Source: Candidatus Sumerlaeota bacterium
Lineage (GTDB): Bacteria; Sumerlaeota; Sumerlaeia; SLMS01
Direction of reading: 5' to 3'
Assembly: GCA_020848155.1 (NCBI GenBank)
Contig: JADLAR010000020.1
Coordinates: 30,096 to 94,095, forward strand
DNA: 64,000 bases
Shown: piece after piece, positions 58,805 to 64,000 of the stretch
Layout of the letters: the number at the start of each line of letters is the position of its first letter
Numbering within the stretch: position 1 is the stretch's first letter
Position numbers and translations under genes: made by a program
The notes under the pieces: generated by a model
What the model was told of the DNA's origin: nothing
The model's input: only the letters and a program-made list of their open reading frames with translations
Database searches by the model: none

Positions 58805-61306
58805 AGCCACATCCGACATCTTCGTCGCCTCGACGCTCATCTCCCCAAGTCGATCAATTGTCAGGTGAATGGTGCCATCGTTGTCTGTTCGATGGGCCGT
58901 TACACTGTGCGCCGCCAATCGCTCCATCGTGGCTGGCGAAGGATGTCGATACTGGTTGTTCTTTCCACAACTGATAATCGCAAGCCGTGGCGCCACAACA
59001 TCAAGGAATGGGTTCCCCGTGGAGGAACCGGATCCATGATGCCCCACCTTCAACACGTCCATGCGCGTCAATAACCCGGCATCAAGCATCTTCCCCTCCA
59101 CCTCCCGCGTTGCGTCACCCGTAAGAAGCACGCTTCGCCCCGCGTAGTCGATTCGCAGAACCACCGACGCATCATTCGTGGAGGACGCATCAGACGAGAA
59201 CTCCGGGGTCGGGTGAAGCACGGAAAATCGCACGAGCCCGTCCTGCGTTTCAAATTCAGCGCCACGGTTGATCGTCACGACCGGCAGGTATCCTTTTCGA
59301 ACCGTCTCCGCCAGATCCGCGAACTGACTCGTCGCGGCGAGGCTGCCACCAACCATGAGCACATCGGTGGGAACCGCCTCAAGAATCTCATTCATTCCAC
59401 CGATGTGATCGGCATCGGCATGAGTCGCGATCGCGAAGCTCAGCCGTTCCACGCCGCGCCTCTTGATCATGCCCGGTAGCACCCACGCCATGCTCTGCGG
59501 GCCGGCATCCACCAACGCCGCGGTGCGATCGGGGAACCGTAGCAGTGTTGCATCCCCCTGCCCCACATCCAGGAACCATATGTGAAGCTTCCCGTCCCCG
59601 CGCTCGAAGACCGGTTGGGCGGCCAGCATGACCGCAACCAACATGGCTGCCGGAATGAATTGCCACGGCGTGCGTCGCGGACTTCGTTGCCCGTTGAAGC
59701 GCACAAAGGCCGATGCCGCGAGCACGAGGTACAGCAAGGCCGTCATCCAAAGCGGCCACGCACGAAGGCCCATGCTGGCACAGGGAATCCTCGCCAGCAA
59801 CTGCGCTCCCCAGTCCAGCACCCACAGTGGCCATTGGAGAAGGGCAATCAAATGCTCACCCATGAGTGGAAATGCCGCCCAGAATAGCAGCATGATGAAG
59901 CCCGCGATGACGAGGTAGCTTGCCAGTTGCAGGAGCAGTGCGTTCGCCAATGGCGCGATGAGCGACACCTCGCCAAACTCATTCGCGAAGATCGGCAGCA
60001 AGATGACCTGAATGAGAACGGACGCAGCGATCACTTGAACAACATTTGCCACAACACTACTGCGCCACCCCCACCCAAGCTTCCGGCCCACCAACATCTT
60101 CAACGCAACCGACCACTGACTCATCATCACCAGAGCCACCGCACAAAGGAATGTCATCTGGAAATCGACCTGCCAGGGAAGGCGCGGTGACATCATGATG
60201 AGCACCGCAGCCACGGTTCCAAGCGCCGCAAGTGGCTCGACGGGGCGACGCAGGAATTGGCGAGCCTCATTGAGAAGCAGCAGCAACGCGGCACGAATGA
60301 CGGGAGACGCCATCCCCACAAGCGCCGCAAAAAACATCAGCGTCATGAGGAGTAGGACAAACCGCGTCCACGGTCTCAGTCCACACAAGCGAAGCAGGTA
60401 GACCAGAAATCCCCCAACCAGCACCGTATGAAGCCCGGAAACCGAGAACAAATGCAGCAACCCCGTGCGGCGGAAGGCAACACGCTGCTCATCGCTTAGC
60501 AGGTGCGTCTTCCCGATCGTAATCGCCGTGAGCAGGGCCGCCTGCTCACGCGGCAGTGAATTTGCAATGACATTCTCGCAACCCACGGACGCCGCAGCCG
60601 ACATGCGAAGGAATCGCGCCTGCAAGCCACCAGCCTCTGTGATCGTGATCGGACTCTTTCCGCTCGCGTACACCTGCACAACGGCCCCGCGTGCCCGCAT
60701 CCAACTTCCCGGATCCCCACTCGACGGACTGTGCGGCAACTCACGCAGGTTACCATTCAATTCCACCAAGTCGCCGATGACGGGTGGCACGAGAAACGGC
60801 ATGGGCATGCTGTCATCAGCGCTCACCCTCACCGCAACCAATCCACCTGCGAGCATCGGCACTCCTCTGCCGCGAAGCGTTGTCCGATCGCCCAGATAGA
60901 TCAGCCAGCCAGTCGCCGTGCGCTGCGGCGTCCTCGCCACCCGACCACGCACCTCAAAATTTCGCGAGGCTCGATCGGTATGCGCTTCGATCTGCATGAA
61001 TGCAAAATTGTCACGTGCCGTGATGATCGCCTGCTGGGTTGCGCCAATGCCCGCGAATAACATGCAGAATGAGTAGGCAAACCCCAACGTCTCGCGCCTT
61101 CCCATCACCATCAGAACTGCACCACACACCGCGACGATGAAGCCAATCCTCCATTCCTCGATGCGGAACGATTGGCAAAGAATGTGACCGATCAGCAGCG
61201 ACAACGCGGCCAGCACACCTGGAAAGGCGAAGGCCGGATGATACAGTCGCTGTTTCGTCCGCAAGCGCCGTGCGTCCCCAACTGGTTTTGTGAATCGCAC
61301 ATTCAT
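58796..61306 (-). CDS. comEC: DNA internalisation competence protein ComEC/Rec2 (with C-terminal MBL domain)
   Basis: DUF4131-like N-terminus, competence TM domain, C-terminal '[10 protein letters not shown]' MBL domain. Start MNVRFTK (61304-61306). Confidence 0.85.
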   Translation of the reverse strand: MNVRFTKPVGDARRLRTKQRLYHPAFAFPGVLAALSLLIGHILCQSFRIEEWRIGFIVAVCGAVLMVMGRRETLGFAYSFCMLFAGIGATQQAIITARDNFAFMQIEAHTDRASRNFEVRGRVARTPQRTATGWLIYLGDRTTLRGRGVPMLAGGLVAVRVSADDSMPMPFLVPPVIGDLVELNGNLRELPHSPSSGDPGSWMRARGAVVQVYASGKSPITITEAGGLQARFLRMSAAASVGCENVIANSLPREQAALLTAITIGKTHLLSDEQRVAFRRTGLLHLFSVSGLHTVLVGGFLVYLLRLCGLRPWTRFVLLLMTLMFFAALVGMASPVIRAALLLLLNEARQFLRRPVEPLAALGTVAAVLIMMSPRLPWQVDFQMTFLCAVALVMMSQWSVALKMLVGRKLGWGWRSSVVANVVQVIAASVLIQVILLPIFANEFGEVSLIAPLANALLLQLASYLVIAGFIMLLFWAAFPLMGEHLIALLQWPLWVLDWGAQLLARIPCASMGLRAWPLWMTALLYLVLAASAFVRFNGQRSPRRTPWQFIPAAMLVAVMLAAQPVFERGDGKLHIWFLDVGQGDATLLRFPDRTAALVDAGPQSMAWVLPGMIKRRGVERLSFAIATHADADHIGGMNEILEAVPTDVLMVGGSLAATSQFADLAETVRKGYLPVVTINRGAEFETQDGLVRFSVLHPTPEFSSDASSTNDASVVLRIDYAGRSVLLTGDATREVEGKMLDAGLLTRMDVLKVGHHGSGSSTGNPFLDVVAPRLAIISCGKNNQYRHPSPATMERLAAHSVTAHRTDNDGTIHLTIDRLGEMSVEATKMSDVALR

Positions 61307-61375
61307 GTGGGACGGAAAACGCCGCGGCAAAGCAAAAAGGCTAGCCGTCCCCTGCGATTCCACCAAGATTCCACA

Positions 61376-63613
61376 ATGTGGATGCGCGCTCTCTCCCTCA
61401 TCGCCATTTACCTGCCTGTGTTTCTCTCAGGCAGCACCGCCACTACGCTGGATAACGACAAGGAAGCCACAATGACGATCAAGGCAAGCAATTCACCCCG
61501 CCGCGCCGAGCCTTCCCAGGCGGAGTTGTCCCGACTTCCCAGCGATGGCGGGGAGGGCTGGAACCGACTGGTCTTTGAGAAAAGCCCGTATCTTCTGCAA
61601 CACGCCGCCAATCCCGTCGACTGGTATCCATGGGGCGAGGAAGCCTTCGAAACAGCCCGTAAACTGGACAAACCCGTGTTCCTTTCCATTGGATACTCGA
61701 CCTGCCATTGGTGCCATGTGATGGAGCATGAAAGCTTTGAGAACGAAGACGTGGCGCGGTTGATGAATGAAACCTTCGTCTGCGTGAAGGTTGATCGCGA
61801 AGAGCGCCCCGACGTCGATCATGTCTACATGACCGTGACGCAGGCAATGACAGGAAGCGGCGGCTGGCCCATGACGATCATCATGACGGCTGACAAGAAG
61901 CCCTTCTTCGCCGGGACATACATCCCACGCGAATCGAAATACGGACGCGCAGGCATGTTGGACTTCATCCCGCACATCGCAAAGCTTTGGAAAACGGATC
62001 GCACCCACCTGATTGAAATGAGCGACTACATTACGTCCGAGTTGCAGAAGCTGGGCGCGGAACGCAGTGCTGGCGACCCTGATACAGCCCTGATCGATGC
62101 GGCATTTCATCAGTTTGATGAGCGCTTCGATGAGCATAAGGGTGGCTTCAGCGAGCGCCCCAAGTTTCCCGTCCCACACAACCTCTCCTTCCTGATGCGC
62201 TATCATCACGCCACCGGCAACAGGCGCGCCATGGATCTCGTTGAGAAAACACTTGGGGAAATGCGTCTGGGTGGAATCTACGACCACGTCGGCTTTGGAT
62301 TTCACCGCTACTCAACTGATGAGAACTGGATCGTTCCTCATTTTGAGAAGATGCTCTATGACAATGCCCTGCAGGCAATCGCGTATACGGAGGCGTGGCA
62401 GATCAACGGCAATCCGCTCCACAGGCAGACCGCCCGCGAGGTTCTTGCGTATATACAGCGTGACATGACATCACCGGAGGGAGGCTTCTACAGCGCCGAA
62501 GATGCTGATAGCGAAGGCGAGGAGGGGAAGTTCTATGTCTGGAGCAACGCCGAGGTCCACGATGCCCTGGGTACCGACGCAACCCGCTTCCTGAACCTAT
62601 ATCAATTTGAAGCAGGCGGAAATTTTCTGGAAGAGAGCACGGGCCACCGCATGGGAACCAACATTCCTCATCTGACAAAACCACTGTCAGGAGAGGAAGC
62701 GGCCGCCATCGAACCGCTGCGCGCAAGACTCTTTGCCGTGCGCGAGAAGCGCATCCACCCACTGAAGGATGACAAGATTCTCACCGATTGGAACGGACTG
62801 GCGATTGCCGCCTTCGCAAAATACGCCATGGCCACCGGCGACGAGACTGCACTCCTCTCCGCGCGACAGGCCGCGGATTTCTGCCTCACGGAACTCCGCG
62901 ACGGGAACGGCCGCCTTCTCAAGCGTTCCCGCAAGGGAGAGGCGGGTCTTCCCGCCCATCTTGAGGATTACGCATTTCTTGCCTACGGCTTGACGGAACT
63001 TTACGAAGCGACGTTCGATTCCAAGTACCTCATCGCGGCGCTTGAGCTTTCCGACACGATGCTCGCGCACTTTGGTGACGCAAACGGTGGCGGGCTTTTT
63101 CAGACCGCCGACGACGGCGAAAAGCTGATCGTCCGCAGCAAGGACATCTATGACGGGGCACTCCCATCTGGAAATTCAGTCGCCGCCTATGTGTTGATTC
63201 GACTGGGGCGCGCCGCCAGCCGGGAGGACTTCGAGCACAAGGCTCGCGAAATTTTGAGAAGCTTCTCAGGAACCTATCAGCGTGGTCCTTCGCAGTTCGC
63301 CTTCTCCCTGATGGCGGCGCAACTGGCGCTCCGCACTTCCCGCGAAATCATTCTGGCTGGCAACATCGATGACCCGGAACTGCAAGCCATGGCGGCGGAA
63401 GCACGCCGCCGCTTCCTGCCCGAAACGATCCTGCTGCTTCGGCCTGCGAGCGAGTCAGATCCGCTTTTCTCCGCCTGTCCCGAACTGAGGAGCAACCGCC
63501 CCATTCACGACAAGGCAACCGCGTATGTTTGTGAAAACTTCGTGTGCAAGAATCCCCTTCACTCTGTCGCCGAGCTCCGTGCACTTCTTGACAAAGAGGT
63601 CGCAAAGGACTGA
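61376..63613 (+). CDS. thioredoxin-domain protein, DUF255/YyaL (SPATA20-like), with signal peptide
   Basis: '[13 protein letters not shown]', 'CHWCHVM' thioredoxin-like motif followed by a six-hairpin glycosidase-like domain. Signal-like '[20 protein letters not shown]'. Confidence 0.85.
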   Translation: MWMRALSLIAIYLPVFLSGSTATTLDNDKEATMTIKASNSPRRAEPSQAELSRLPSDGGEGWNRLVFEKSPYLLQHAANPVDWYPWGEEAFETARKLDKPVFLSIGYSTCHWCHVMEHESFENEDVARLMNETFVCVKVDREERPDVDHVYMTVTQAMTGSGGWPMTIIMTADKKPFFAGTYIPRESKYGRAGMLDFIPHIAKLWKTDRTHLIEMSDYITSELQKLGAERSAGDPDTALIDAAFHQFDERFDEHKGGFSERPKFPVPHNLSFLMRYHHATGNRRAMDLVEKTLGEMRLGGIYDHVGFGFHRYSTDENWIVPHFEKMLYDNALQAIAYTEAWQINGNPLHRQTAREVLAYIQRDMTSPEGGFYSAEDADSEGEEGKFYVWSNAEVHDALGTDATRFLNLYQFEAGGNFLEESTGHRMGTNIPHLTKPLSGEEAAAIEPLRARLFAVREKRIHPLKDDKILTDWNGLAIAAFAKYAMATGDETALLSARQAADFCLTELRDGNGRLLKRSRKGEAGLPAHLEDYAFLAYGLTELYEATFDSKYLIAALELSDTMLAHFGDANGGGLFQTADDGEKLIVRSKDIYDGALPSGNSVAAYVLIRLGRAASREDFEHKAREILRSFSGTYQRGPSQFAFSLMAAQLALRTSREIILAGNIDDPELQAMAAEARRRFLPETILLLRPASESDPLFSACPELRSNRPIHDKATAYVCENFVCKNPLHSVAELRALLDKEVAKD

Positions 63614-63618
63614 AGGCG

Positions 63619-64000
63619 ATGAAGTGTTTCGTGACAGGCGCGACAGGATTTGTAGGCGGACGCCTGTGCGAGGAACTCCGCGCGCAGGGACACAGCGTCT
63701 TTGCGCTCGCACGCGCCACCAGCAACTGCGACATCGTGCGCGGCTGCGAATGCGAAGTTGTTGAAGGCTCCCTGGATTCCATCAATATCTTCGCGCGTCA
63801 CGCGGAAAGCACCGATGTCTTCTTTCATCTCGCGGCCATCACAAAGGCGCTTCGTCGCGAGGACTTTATTGCGGTGAATGTTCGCGGCACCGCGAAAGTG
63901 CTCGCCGGCCTTTCGCGCGGGGGCTTTCGCGGAAAGTTTGTCCTGCTCAGCAGCCTTGCCGCGGGCGGCCCGGCGATGGACGAGAAATCCCCGCGGCGGG
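63619..64000 (+). CDS. NAD-dependent epimerase/dehydratase (SDR), 5' part; continues beyond window end
   Basis: 'MKCFVTGATGFVGGRLCEEL' Rossmann motif. GAAGG RBS. Confidence 0.7.
   Translation, partial: MKCFVTGATGFVGGRLCEELRAQGHSVFALARATSNCDIVRGCECEVVEGSLDSINIFARHAESTDVFFHLAAITKALRREDFIAVNVRGTAKVLAGLSRGGFRGKFVLLSSLAAGGPAMDEKSPRR

Noticed and set aside
61493-62305. 270-aa minus ORF inside the DUF255 thioredoxin-domain gene
   Set aside because: The plus frame carries the CHWCHVM thioredoxin-like motif and full-length family architecture.

Overview
This is a high-GC (~60%) bacterial chromosomal segment that is densely coded on both strands. No CRISPR array, transposase or integrase is visible. 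It looks like core genome mixed with several lineage-specific secreted or regulatory modules, and I could not identify the taxon from sequence alone. Housekeeping landmarks are gltX, a PfkA-family (probably PPi-type) phosphofructokinase, purM, gpmA, scpAB, ppa, prmA, gatB, comEC, tRNA-Leu(UAA) and tRNA-Arg(UCU). Recognisable operons include an Opp/Yej-type peptide ABC importer (permease-permease-SBP-ATPase-ATPase). There is also a compact purine/ureide catabolic island: a three-subunit xanthine-dehydrogenase-type molybdoenzyme placed divergently to two M20 amidohydrolase paralogs, ureidoglycine aminohydrolase, allantoinase, OHCU decarboxylase and HIU hydrolase, with no uricase in the window. 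The candidate novel systems, all inferred from gene order and domain content, are these. (1) A soluble histidine kinase, a geranylgeranyl-reductase-family flavoprotein and a type III polyketide synthase, overlapping and co-directional. (2) A PhyH-type Fe/2OG dioxygenase, an NDP-sugar epimerase/dehydratase and a B12-binding radical SAM enzyme. (3) A secreted CotH-kinase protein with two lamin-tail domains and a Pro/Thr tail, followed by an EEP-family lipoprotein. (4) A minus-strand operon of a CRTAC1 (FG-GAP + UnbV/ASPIC) protein, a pentaheme c-type cytochrome, an SPFH/GYF protein and a double zinc-ribbon membrane protein. (5) A truncated LacI-HTH regulator, a perfect 20-bp palindrome, a BadF/BcrA-type sugar-kinase-like ATPase, a strong terminator and a 1054-aa DUF2339-like polytopic membrane protein. 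(6) A GT2 glycosyltransferase, an enolase-superfamily racemase/epimerase and a DUF1611 (DgcA/DgcN-like) gene set. All coordinates, start codons and family assignments come from reading the six-frame translations by eye, with no database search. Start sites are approximate (±30 nt) where several in-frame starts exist.
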